DNA of 64,000 bases from Candidatus Bathyarchaeota archaeon (GCA_963828195.1 CAWHDT010000005.1:448001-512000); one strand, 5' to 3'. Positions 50,824-60,052 are shown, counted from the stretch's first letter. Made by a program: numbers and translations. The notes: generated from the letters alone by a model not told the origin.

Positions 50824-50954
50824 TAAGTTGCGACTTTTGGGCTGGCGTAAGTTGCGACTTTCCGCTCTGGGGCTTTGTGTTTTGGGTTGTTTTTTTGGTT
50901 TGGGGTTTTAGGGGCTTGGCGGGTTGCGACTTTGCTACGGGCGGTTGCGACTTT
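50824..50954. repeat. Dispersed repeat copy 2 (four TGCGACTTT motifs)
   Basis: Motifs at 50829, 50853, 50925, 50946; aligns with 33641-33771. Confidence 0.85.
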
Positions 50955-51096
50955 TTCGGGGTTTTCCGGCTAGTCCTGGCGGTCGGCACAAAGTGTCGGG
51001 GGTTGTTTGGGTTTGTTGGCAACGTTAACCATTTCTATTAAATGTGAGAAGTCTTATATCATAGTCGATTACAAACTAACATAACGGTGACTGACG

Positions 51097-51389
51097 CTGA
51101 AATCAGCTGCAGAAATAAAAACTCAACTAAACGCGCTTATGCCAATTCTTAAAGAAAAATATGGCGTAGACACAATAGAAATCTTTGGATCTTACGCACG
51201 CACAGAACAAAACAAAAAAAGCGACTTAGACATCCTAATCACCTTCTCAAAACCCTACAACCTTTGGGAATTCATAGATGTAAAAGAGTTCCTGACAAAA
51301 AATTGCGGATGAAAGTGGATTTAGTACCCAAAGACTCTATAAAACCCCTGATCAGAGACCAAATTCTGCAAGAAGCAACGTCGATATGA
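51097..51389 (+). pseudogene. MNT antitoxin, frameshifted in an A-run near 51300
   Basis: CTG start after GGTGA; IFGSYARTEQNKKSDLD; continues LRMKVDLV...QILQEATSI in the shifted frame. Confidence 0.75.
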
Positions 51390-51744
51390 GAGATACAGGC
51401 TGTATCTTAAAGAAATTTTTGACGCAATAGATGAAATTGAGGAATTCACAAAAGGGTTTTCTCTGAAAGATTTTGTGGGCAATAAAATGGCTGTTAGGGC
51501 TGTAATTACAGACCTGATAATTATCGGTGAAGCTGTAGATAAAATTCCTAAAAACATCAAATACAATTATCGGCAAATTCCATGGCGGACTTGGGAAAGA
51601 ATGAGGGAGACCCGAAACGAGCTTGCACATGAATACTATAACGTAAAACCCGACGTTCTCTGGTCAATAATAAAATATGAACTGCCGCCCATAAAACCGA
51701 TAATCAAAAAAATATTAGACGACGAAGCACCAAGCACTGAATAA
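51386..51744 (+). pseudogene. HEPN/DUF86 toxin with a frameshift just after the start
   Basis: ATG at 51386 is out of frame with YRLYLKEIFDAIDEIEEF...RNELAHEY. Confidence 0.7.
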
Positions 51745-51779
51745 AGTAATCAACAAAAATTTTGTTGGCAACCCACTGC

Positions 51780-52184
51780 TTAGAGCCATTTTGTTTTGGT
51801 TTCTTTTATTTGCCTGATGTGTCTGTCGTCAGTTAAGATGTAGTCGCTGGACGATGCGATTGCCGTTGCCGCTATGATGGCGTCGGCTGTGGGCAGCTCA
51901 GCGTATTTGCAGCGGAGTTTTGCAGCTTTAATTGCGATGGGCACATCAAGACAGGATAGTTTAAGGTCTAATTTGAGTAGAGAGCTGACTCTTGATTCGG
52001 CCACGGCTTTTCCAAGATTTTGAAGCTGGAACTTGTAAAATTCATGTATTACTATTGATGGAACAACACCTAAATTTTCTTTTCTTTGAAGAGTTTCAAA
52101 GGTTACTCTTAACCATTTTTTGAATTGCTCGTCAGGTGTTGCCAAACTTTCGATAAGAAGCCGCGTGTCAATAACAGCTTTCAT
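51780..52184 (-). CDS. vapC: VapC PIN toxin
   Basis: AVIDT, IHE, ADAIIAATA, TDD. Confidence 0.85.
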   Translation of the reverse strand: MKAVIDTRLLIESLATPDEQFKKWLRVTFETLQRKENLGVVPSIVIHEFYKFQLQNLGKAVAESRVSSLLKLDLKLSCLDVPIAIKAAKLRCKYAELPTADAIIAATAIASSSDYILTDDRHIRQIKETKTKWL

Positions 52185-52411
52185 CAGTATCTGTCTTCTG
52201 AACGCATTTTATCAAGCTGTTCCATGGCTTTTTTTAAATCTATTTTTCCAGCATCTACACCGATAAGGTCTTCAAACCTGGGCACAACTGAGAACTTTGC
52301 CTTCGCCCGAGTACTGCACAGTCATTTTCACGCCCTGTTTTATGCCGTATTTGCGTCTGAGGGCGACGGGAATTGTGATTTGCCCTTTGCGGGTTACAAG
52401 CACTTATCCAT
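52184..52411 (-). pseudogene. AbrB antitoxin with two frameshifts
   Basis: MD / VLVTRKGQITIPVALRRKYGIKQG / VPRFEDLIG...SEDRY* fall in different frames. Confidence 0.7.
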
Positions 52412-52503
52412 GGTTCAACTTCAACCTTCAAGTAGAACAAAGTACAAGGGTACAACTTTGTTCTTTTGGCGGGAAAAAAAGGATGTGCCACGCGACCGCT
52501 TTG

Positions 52504-53880
52504 CTATTTGAGGAGCGTTTTTTCGTCTGGGGGCTGCTTGATTAAGCCGTGCTTCATAAGCAGCTCAGTTGATTGCCTCGCGTTTTGGATTATGGCTGTG
52601 GCTCGCTCAAAAAGTTCCTGTCTTGAAGGCTTTACCCTTGCGACGCCATCATCAATCGATTTAAGAGCGCATGCCACGGCTTCCCGCGGAAAAACTTCCC
52701 ACTCATCCATCCTCGGCAAAATATCCGTCTCACACATACCCCGCTCCTCAGCGTACCCCGCAAGCTCCAGCGCAGCAGCAATACACATGCCATCCGTCAC
52801 GCCTCGGGCTTTCACGTCCAGCACCCCCCTGAAAATCCCCGGGAACCCCAAGCTGTTGTTCACTTGGTTTGGGAAGTCGCTTCTGCCAGTAGCCACAATT
52901 TTAGCTCCTGCCTCTTCCGCATCCCACGGCCAAATCTCAGGAATAGGGTTGGCGCACGCAAAGATTATCGCGTCGTTAGCCATCGTTTTAATCCATTCTT
53001 TCTTGATAGTGCCTGGACCCGACTTGGAAGCAGCCACAACCGCATCCACCCCTTTGAATGCCTCGGCTATGTCGCCGGTTCTGCCTTCGCCGTTGGTTTT
53101 CTGTGTTACATCAAACTTCCATCGGTCATCTTCCTTGACGATGTCCACTCTGCCCCTGTGAACGACGCCTTTGCTGTCAGCAAGAATAATGTTGCCAGGC
53201 TTGACTCCCCACTGCATAAGCACATACGCCGTGCGGATGTTTGCCGCTCCCGAACCCACCAGCGTGATCAAGCTGTCTTGCGGTTTTTTCCCGACGATTT
53301 TAAAAGAGTTAATTAGCCCAGCCAAAATCACGGTGGCTGTTCCCTGCTGGTCATCATGCCAAACAGGAATTTTGAGTTGCGCACAAGATTTCTCCAGAAC
53401 CTCAAAGCACTTCGGCTTCTCAATATCCTCAAGATTAATGCCGCCAAACGACGGCTCCAAAGCGCTGCAAATACGAACTATTTCATCTGGGTCTTTGGTT
53501 CTTAAGCAAATTGGAAACGCATCCACCCCGCCTAAATACTTGAACAAAAGCGCTTTCCCCTCCATCACGGGCAAAGCCGCTTCAGGACCAATATCGCCGA
53601 GTCCCAAAACGCGGGTGCCATCCGAAACCACCGCCACCGAATTCCAGCGATTAGTGAGTTCGAAGGATTTGTCGGGGTCAGCTTGGATTTCCCTGCATGG
53701 CGCCGCAACGCCCGGAGTGTACCAGATGGCGAAGTCGTCAACGCTTCGAATCGCGCATTTGGGAATAACCTGCATTTTACCTTCATAGAACCTGTGCATC
53801 GGCGGGGATAGTTGCGCGGGTTTCTTGGCTTTTGCTAGCAGTTCATCCACGGTTGGTTTAGGCTTATCTGACGAATCCAA
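52504..53880 (-). CDS. NAD(P)-dependent malic enzyme
   Basis: YTPGVA, VSDGTRVLGLG, PVMEGK, HDDQQGT, SDFPNQVNN. Confidence 0.93.
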   Translation of the reverse strand: MDSSDKPKPTVDELLAKAKKPAQLSPPMHRFYEGKMQVIPKCAIRSVDDFAIWYTPGVAAPCREIQADPDKSFELTNRWNSVAVVSDGTRVLGLGDIGPEAALPVMEGKALLFKYLGGVDAFPICLRTKDPDEIVRICSALEPSFGGINLEDIEKPKCFEVLEKSCAQLKIPVWHDDQQGTATVILAGLINSFKIVGKKPQDSLITLVGSGAANIRTAYVLMQWGVKPGNIILADSKGVVHRGRVDIVKEDDRWKFDVTQKTNGEGRTGDIAEAFKGVDAVVAASKSGPGTIKKEWIKTMANDAIIFACANPIPEIWPWDAEEAGAKIVATGRSDFPNQVNNSLGFPGIFRGVLDVKARGVTDGMCIAAALELAGYAEERGMCETDILPRMDEWEVFPREAVACALKSIDDGVARVKPSRQELFERATAIIQNARQSTELLMKHGLIKQPPDEKTLLK

Positions 53881-53986
53881 AACATATTTCTCCTGTTCAA
53901 CCGCCTAAATACGAGCGGATGGTTTTAAGCGTTCCGCAGATCAAAATATCAGCACAAAATGAAGGTGGAATAAGCAGTAAGTATTT

Positions 53987-54012
53987 AAGTGTAATTTTCT
54001 ACTTTTACACTT
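53987..54012 (+). promoter_or_regulatory. Inverted repeat AAGTGTAA-N10-TTACACTT, candidate TA autoregulatory operator
   Basis: Between a TATA-like element and the antitoxin start. Confidence 0.5.
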
Positions 54013-54021
54013 TGATTCTAA

Positions 54022-54303
54022 ATGACTGTAAGCATAAAAATAGACGATTTAAAAAAACAAAAACTCGATCGTTTCCTAGCTCAGCTGCTACTAACGGAAG
54101 GCAAAAAAGTAACGCTTCAGGAAGCAGTAGGGCTTATGATTGACCATGCACTGGAAAACCAGGATGAATTCATTCAAAACCTAAAAGACTTACCACCACT
54201 TGAAGATGATCCAATCTGGAAAATGATGGAAAATGCAAAACATTTAGGTATTAAAGACTTATCGACAAATATTGATGAATATCTCTACGGAAGCCAAACT
54301 TGA
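54022..54303 (+). CDS. Antitoxin (VapB-like)
   Basis: RHH-like N-terminus; C-terminal DLSTNIDEYLYG. Confidence 0.75.
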   Translation: MTVSIKIDDLKKQKLDRFLAQLLLTEGKKVTLQEAVGLMIDHALENQDEFIQNLKDLPPLEDDPIWKMMENAKHLGIKDLSTNIDEYLYGSQT

Positions 54304-54710
54304 TGGCGATTTTTATCGATACAGGAGTCTTCCTTGCTCTTTATAATGTTGACGATCATTATCACCAAAAAAGCAAAGAATTGATCAAAAACGCCTTAAC
54401 GGGAAATCTCGGAAGATTGTATACCTCAGATTACATAATAGATGAGGCTATAACAACCCTATTGGCAAGAACGAGACAACACAAGATAGCGGTAGAGCTA
54501 GGAAAATACCTGATTGAATCACCAAGAATAACAAAGCTAACCGTAGACCAGGACGCATTTATCGTTGCATGGTCAAAATTCAAGAGTATGGAAGACAAAG
54601 GTCTAAGCTTCACAGATTGCACCTCCATAGCGCTAACAGAGAAACATGGGATAAAACAGATAATGAGCTTCGATTGCGGGTTCGACGGCTTAACCCAAAG
54701 AATATGCTAA
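54300..54710 (+). CDS. vapC: VapC PIN toxin
   Basis: IFIDTG, IIDE, LSFTDCTS, SFD. Confidence 0.88.
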   Translation: MMAIFIDTGVFLALYNVDDHYHQKSKELIKNALTGNLGRLYTSDYIIDEAITTLLARTRQHKIAVELGKYLIESPRITKLTVDQDAFIVAWSKFKSMEDKGLSFTDCTSIALTEKHGIKQIMSFDCGFDGLTQRIC

Positions 54711-54885
54711 CCCGACATCGCTCTCAAGCCTTACTTATGGAATTTCTTGGATAGAACTCAGTTTACTTAAGATGGTACCCGTGAACCTTCTGTGGGGTTC
54801 AAATTCTATCGGTGAAAAATTAAATCAGAATATTTAAGAACACTTGTACACACAGTTTTTTTAGAACTTGTTAGGATGTTTTGTG

Positions 54886-55479
54886 ATGCCTGAAAATAAG
54901 ACGGAAAAGAGTTTAAAAAACAAGGTTGACCTGGGAGCGAAGGGTGCCTCGTACCCGATGCCTGTGACTTTAGTCGGGGCGACTGTTAAGGGGAAACCGA
55001 ATTTCTTGGCGGCTGCGTGGTTTACGTTTGCTGGATTGAATCCGCCCAAAGTGGCTGTCGCACTCAACAAAGCACATTATACTAATCAAGGCATAAAAGA
55101 CAACAAAACCTTCAGCCTCTGCATACCCTCCGAGGACATGGTGAAAGCCACGGATTACTGCGGAATAACTTCGGGATTTAAAGCAGACAAGTCAAGTGTT
55201 TTCGACGTATTCTACGGCAAACTAAAAACCGCCCCAATGATAACAGAGTGCCCCGTCTGCCTTGAATGCAGCCTCGACAAAGTTGTCGATAACGGCTCAC
55301 ATGAACTGTTCATTGGAGAAGTCATATCCACTTTCACAGAGCAAAAATACTTGACAGATGGAACCCTCGACACCAAAAAAATGAAGCCAATCATTCTATC
55401 ATTGAGCGACAGGCTTTACTACGGATTGGGTGAGGCGAAGGGAAAGGCGTGGGAAGCGGGCAAAAACTACAAGCCGTAA
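54886..55479 (+). CDS. Flavin reductase/flavoredoxin family protein
   Basis: YPMPV, DYCGITSG, APMITECP, HELFIGE. Confidence 0.88.
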   Translation: MPENKTEKSLKNKVDLGAKGASYPMPVTLVGATVKGKPNFLAAAWFTFAGLNPPKVAVALNKAHYTNQGIKDNKTFSLCIPSEDMVKATDYCGITSGFKADKSSVFDVFYGKLKTAPMITECPVCLECSLDKVVDNGSHELFIGEVISTFTEQKYLTDGTLDTKKMKPIILSLSDRLYYGLGEAKGKAWEAGKNYKP

Positions 55480-55701
55480 ATTAAGTCCAATTGTGTGCAA
55501 GTATGTGCACTTTTTTTCTCCAGGGAGATAATTATGAATTGCCTGAAACTCTATAGGCCCTGAAATGATGGGTTGTAATATTTTGCTCAAAATTGTGAGT
55601 AAATCGTTTAACAAAACACTTAAAACCAAGCGGTAATAATAATTAATTTGTGTGGTGCGTCATGAAAGGCGCGAGCGCTTTTTTAGAAAAAATATTGAGG
55701 A

Positions 55702-56832
55702 ATGTTTATGAACGTTAAAGTTTGGAAGATTTTAGGTTTATTAGCCATTGTAATTTTTGTTTTGTCAGCAGCAAACACAGCACATGCCATTGGAGTAACT
55801 GCCTCGATAAGCGTAGGGTCCGGTCCTTGGGGCATAGCGTATGATTCTGGTACAGGCCAAGTATTCGTGGGTGTTTCTGGCGCCAACTCTGTTTCAGTCA
55901 TATCAGCCAGCAACAACGCCATTGTCACGTCAGTGGCGGTGGAGGAGTCACCTACTACATTAGCTTATGATTCGGGTAAAGGAGAGGTATTTGTTTCTAA
56001 CTCTGGATCGGACACCGTGTCAGTTATATCGGATAGCTCAGACGCCGTGGTTAAAACCGTGTCTGTGGGAAGCGCCCCAGGAGGATTAACATACGACTCA
56101 ACCAAAGGCGAGGTCTTCGTGGCCAATTCTGGAGGTCACACCGTCTCAGTCATATCAGACACAACCAACGCCGTTGTGGATACCGTTACTGTGGGAACAA
56201 ACCCTTTTGACTCAACTTATGATTCTGCCAAAGGAGAGATTTTCGTATCTAATTACGCATCGGGCACAGTCTCAGTGGTATCGGACAGCACTGACAACGT
56301 TGTTGCAACAGTTACAGTGGGGGCACACCCCTTGGAGTTAGCATATGACTCTTCAAAAGGAGAGGTCTTTGTGGTCAATTCTGCCAGCGACACAGTCTCA
56401 GTCATATCAGACAGCAGCAACAAAGTCGTCGCAACCATACCAGTGGGAGATAATCCTTCAGCCATAGCTTATGATTCTGGCAAAAGCGAATTATTTGTGA
56501 ATAGTAGAGACACAGCATCTGTCTCAGTCATATCAGCTAGCACTAACAAAGTAGTGTCAACCGTCACTGTGGGAAACGACCCCTACGGCGTAGCGTATGA
56601 CTCCAGCAAAGGCGAGCTCTTCGTAACCAATTTTGACGATAGCACAATCTCAGTCATATCAGACTCCACAAGCACCTCCACGTCGCCAAGCCCAACCACA
56701 TCTACAGCCCCCAGCCCAACAATACCAGAGTTCAGCAGTGCAGCACTCATTTTAGTGGTGGTAGCCGTTGTGTTAGTAACTTCGGTTGCATTGGCAGTGA
56801 AAAAACAGAAAAAATCGACGAATCAGCTCTAA
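55702..56832 (+). CDS. YVTN/YncE beta-propeller surface protein with PEF-CTERM-like sorting signal
   Basis: Signal peptide; 7 repeats of AYDSxKGEVFVxN...VSVIS; S/T/P linker; IPEF-TM-KKQKK. Confidence 0.88.
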   Translation: MFMNVKVWKILGLLAIVIFVLSAANTAHAIGVTASISVGSGPWGIAYDSGTGQVFVGVSGANSVSVISASNNAIVTSVAVEESPTTLAYDSGKGEVFVSNSGSDTVSVISDSSDAVVKTVSVGSAPGGLTYDSTKGEVFVANSGGHTVSVISDTTNAVVDTVTVGTNPFDSTYDSAKGEIFVSNYASGTVSVVSDSTDNVVATVTVGAHPLELAYDSSKGEVFVVNSASDTVSVISDSSNKVVATIPVGDNPSAIAYDSGKSELFVNSRDTASVSVISASTNKVVSTVTVGNDPYGVAYDSSKGELFVTNFDDSTISVISDSTSTSTSPSPTTSTAPSPTIPEFSSAALILVVVAVVLVTSVALAVKKQKKSTNQL

Positions 56833-56925
56833 TTGCGCTGGTGCGTCGCCAATTTAACTTTTTTTTTAATTTCTGCTCGTTTTTTTCAAGTAAAGCTGGC
56901 ATGCTGTAAAGTTTGTACTTTGTTT

Positions 56926-57276
56926 TTACCAATCAGATTTTCTCTTCCAAATGTTAAATGTACATTGACCCCAACAGTAAGAACCCGCCTTGTATTGACA
57001 GCCATTACAGCTGGCGCCAGTAAATTTAGGCACCGACACCTGCGTTGAATGAACACGAACAAAAACCTTCTTCGGCTCCACAGTTTGATTCACAGACACA
57101 CCCTCCTTTAGAAACTTCAAACGCAGCGGACATTTTTCATAGATTAACGGATCAGAAAAAATAGATGCAGGACAAGTCTGCCCCCCACATTCACGAACAC
57201 TCACCTCAAACTCCCCAAAACCGCCCTCAACCTTAGCATACTCACAACAAACCACTTTCACGTTTCTCCCAACCAC
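56926..57276 (-). CDS. Cys-rich hypothetical protein
   Basis: 9 Cys including CNGC...CWGQC. Confidence 0.45.
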   Translation of the reverse strand: MVGRNVKVVCCEYAKVEGGFGEFEVSVRECGGQTCPASIFSDPLIYEKCPLRLKFLKEGVSVNQTVEPKKVFVRVHSTQVSVPKFTGASCNGCQYKAGSYCWGQCTFNIWKRKSDW

Positions 57277-57330
57277 ACACTACACAAACAAGTATAAAAC
57301 ATAAACAAACCTCGTTTAATTATTATTTTT

Positions 57331-57365
57331 GGAAATAATGAAGTACCTTGACCACTAAGTTAAGG
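57331..57365 (+). repeat. Copy of the glnA 3' end (32/35 identical to 44425-44459)
   Basis: GGAAATAATGAAGTACCTTGACCACTAAGTTAAGG vs GGAAATAATGAAGTACCTCGACTACTAAGTCAAGG. Confidence 0.8.
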
Positions 57366-57592
57366 AATTTCAAACCAAAGGCCCCGTCTGTAAAGTTTGG
57401 TATTACCTTATACTTTTCTTTTTCTATCTTAGTTCATCTAAAATAGAGGAACTTACGCTTCTATATATGTCCACACTCGGTCAGTTGATGTCTATTTAAA
57501 TTTGCTAGTAATAGAATGCAAAGTTGTCCAAGATTATTTATATTGAGATTTAACTATTAGTTAAGCGTGAGCAAATCAAGGTTTGATTAACG

Positions 57593-58648
57593 ATGCCAAT
57601 TCAAAATCTCACGATAAGAAATTTCAAATCAATAAAGAACATGGAGCTGAACTGCAAAAGAATCAACATATTTATTGGAGAACCAAACACAGGAAAATCA
57701 AACATCTTGGAAGCAATCGGTCTGCTATCACATGCAGAATACGGACATCTGAGCAGTTTTGTGCGATTTGAAAGTTTGTTAGACATATTTTACGACAGGA
57801 GCCTAAGTGACCCTATCAGTATAATATTTGACGAGAATGCTTTAACAATAGAATTTAAGGACGGATGTTTTGTAGGAAATTTTCTTAATTCGTTGCAAAC
57901 GCCAGGAGCTCATCCCGTTAAACAAAATATCCATATTTTTAATTATGATTATTCCGGAAACCCACGTCCAAATTTAAGTTCACCAGGGCAAATACAATGG
58001 CATATGCTTAATGGAGAACGCAAGAAAGTTCTGGCACAGTTCAAGTATTATCGTTTCAGCAGAAAAGAGTCTTTTGTCAACCAAAGTTCTGATTTTCTCT
58101 TGCCTCCTCAAGGAGACAACTTGTTGCATATTATCTTAACCAAAAAAGACCTGAGAGGCGTAATTTCAACATTATTTAAAAAATATGGATACCGAATTGT
58201 TTTCAAGCCCCCTGAAGGCAAAATTGAAGTTCAAAAAGAGCAAGAGGATGTAATTGTTTCAATTCCTTACGCTCTGTCCTCTGAAACTCTTCAAAGAATA
58301 ACCTTTTATCTTGCTGCCATTTACTCCAACAAGAATTCGATAATAAGCTTTGAAGAACCAGAAGCTCACGCTTTTCCATATTACATGAAGTATCTGGCAG
58401 AAAAAATTTCAATGGACAGAGTCAATAATCAATACTTTATTGCAACGCATAATCCCTATTTTCTGATGTCAATTATTGAGAAAACTCCAAAAGAGGACAT
58501 CGCAACTTTTGCAACCTATTTCGAAGAATACCAAACAAAAGTCAAACCACTCACTCAAGAAGAGACTGAAAATGCTTTGTCCATGGGAGCTGACTTGTTC
58601 TTTAACATTGACCAATTTCTAGGCAAGATTGAATGCGAAGGAAATTGA
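57593..58648 (+). CDS. OLD/AAA_15/AAA_21-type ABC ATPase
   Basis: IRNFKSI, GEPNTGKS, FEEPEAH, ATHNP. Confidence 0.88.
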   Translation: MPIQNLTIRNFKSIKNMELNCKRINIFIGEPNTGKSNILEAIGLLSHAEYGHLSSFVRFESLLDIFYDRSLSDPISIIFDENALTIEFKDGCFVGNFLNSLQTPGAHPVKQNIHIFNYDYSGNPRPNLSSPGQIQWHMLNGERKKVLAQFKYYRFSRKESFVNQSSDFLLPPQGDNLLHIILTKKDLRGVISTLFKKYGYRIVFKPPEGKIEVQKEQEDVIVSIPYALSSETLQRITFYLAAIYSNKNSIISFEEPEAHAFPYYMKYLAEKISMDRVNNQYFIATHNPYFLMSIIEKTPKEDIATFATYFEEYQTKVKPLTQEETENALSMGADLFFNIDQFLGKIECEGN

Positions 58649-59141
58649 TGCTATGATATTTGTTGAATGCATACCAGACTACACGTTAGTATGCAAATTA
58701 AGGTCAAGCCCAACTAAGAAAGTTGAACATTCTTTCGGCAAAACATCGGTTCTCAACAAGCTCATTAGAAGAACGGGAGTTCCCAATTATGAAAACTCCA
58801 TCGGGATGATTGATGAAGACCCGCTTAGTAATCAGCCCAAAACAATCAGAAGTTTTGTTGAAAAAGCTCAGATTCCTGAATGTCAAATAAAAATACTCTA
58901 TTACGAATTTCTAAATAACCATATTTTGGTTTTAAGCCCCAGACTTGAAGAGTGGTTGATAGCTTCTGCGAATGAAGCGGGGATAAGCATGTCCGATTTT
59001 GAGTTACCCAACAATGCCGAGCAACTCCATCAAATAATAAACTTGAACGTTGACAAGTTAACTCTACTGATTGATGCTTTGCTGGAAAAGAGTAATAGAA
59101 TGAAGGAACTCAAGAAGTGTATCCTTGGACTGTATTTTTAA
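58629..59141 (+). CDS. TOPRIM-like partner of the ATPase
   Basis: IFVECIPD, GK..V, GMIDED, PRLEEW; overlaps the ATPase. Confidence 0.6.
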   Translation: MNAKEIDAMIFVECIPDYTLVCKLRSSPTKKVEHSFGKTSVLNKLIRRTGVPNYENSIGMIDEDPLSNQPKTIRSFVEKAQIPECQIKILYYEFLNNHILVLSPRLEEWLIASANEAGISMSDFELPNNAEQLHQIINLNVDKLTLLIDALLEKSNRMKELKKCILGLYF

Positions 59142-59260
59142 GTAATCTTAATTAAAAGATTCGAATACCAAGTTTTCCTTATCTACCGATTTAGCCCAAA
59201 GTTTTCTCGATAGAAACTAAAATTTTGGAAAACTTTAGCTTGAATAACAATGCTGATTTG

Positions 59261-59377
59261 TTAGTGACCTTTTAATCTGCTCGCTACCTGACCTAAAAAA
59301 GAGTAACGTGAATTTAACGAAGTCAAATGTTCAAAACCGCAGTGCGACAAGTTCAGGGCAATAAGTGGGTTAGCGCT
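59261..59377 (+). repeat. Degenerate duplicate of the glyS promoter and first ~20 codons
   Basis: TTAGT.ACCTTTTAATCTGCTCGCTAC...ACGAAGTCAAATGTTCAAAACC.CAGTGCGACAAGTTCA...GTTAGCGC also at 60002-60119. Confidence 0.85.
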
Positions 59378-59461
59378 CTGGCTTATCTCGAAATAAAAAA
59401 AGTTTATTTTAAGATGGGTGCTCGTGTTTTTAAGTACGCTGGTGCTTAGGGTGCGTGTTGA

Positions 59462-59830
59462 TTAAGGTGTCTCTTCTTTCTTGCTTTCTTTCAGTTTGCT
59501 GATCTCCATATTTATGTGTTCTAGAACAGCCTCAAGTTTTTCTTTTTTGTGCTCCAGCATCTCCAGGACTTGTTCTTTGCTTGGTTGAATCATGGGTTTG
59601 CCGCATGCTGGGCACTGCATTCCGGGTCCAGAGCTCCAAGGCATGCTCATAGGCATTTGTCCGCCCATCATACCGTGGCCTCTCCATGGACTCATTCCGC
59701 CCCAGGGACCCATCCAGCCCATCCTGGGTCTCCACTCCTTTGCCGCAGTCATTAAATTTTCGTTCAGCTCAATTTCAATGGTTATCTTCGCTTTTCCACT
59801 TTTATCTTCACTCATCAAAATCACCTCCAT
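59462..59830 (-). CDS. Small Met/Gly-rich protein with CxxC and C-terminal coiled coil
   Basis: GMMGGQMPM, CPAC, LEMLEHKKEKLE. Confidence 0.6.
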   Translation of the reverse strand: MEVILMSEDKSGKAKITIEIELNENLMTAAKEWRPRMGWMGPWGGMSPWRGHGMMGGQMPMSMPWSSGPGMQCPACGKPMIQPSKEQVLEMLEHKKEKLEAVLEHINMEISKLKESKKEETP

Positions 59831-60052
59831 CTACGCGCGCTTTTCTGGAGTATTACCTATTTTTCAATCAAGTCAAGGTAATAATTAAATGTGATAGTGG
59901 GCTGTCCAGCAACATCGAAAGCAGACGGCGTTCTCGGCGTGTGCGCAATCACCAACCGACTTAAACACGCAAATTAGTCATAGACTTTGCAGCGTCATTG
60001 GTTAGTAACCTTTTAATCTGCTCGCTACAATAGGCTAAAAAGGTAACCTGAA

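Noticed and set aside
52466-53788. 231-aa, 150-aa and 205-aa + strand ORFs
   Set aside because: Antisense to the malic enzyme gene
54770-54812. GGGGTTCAAATTC resembling a tRNA T arm after vapC
   Set aside because: No paired T stem, acceptor strand or CCA; too short to support
55800-56670. Tandem ~126-bp nucleotide repeats
   Set aside because: Explained by the YVTN propeller blades of the protein
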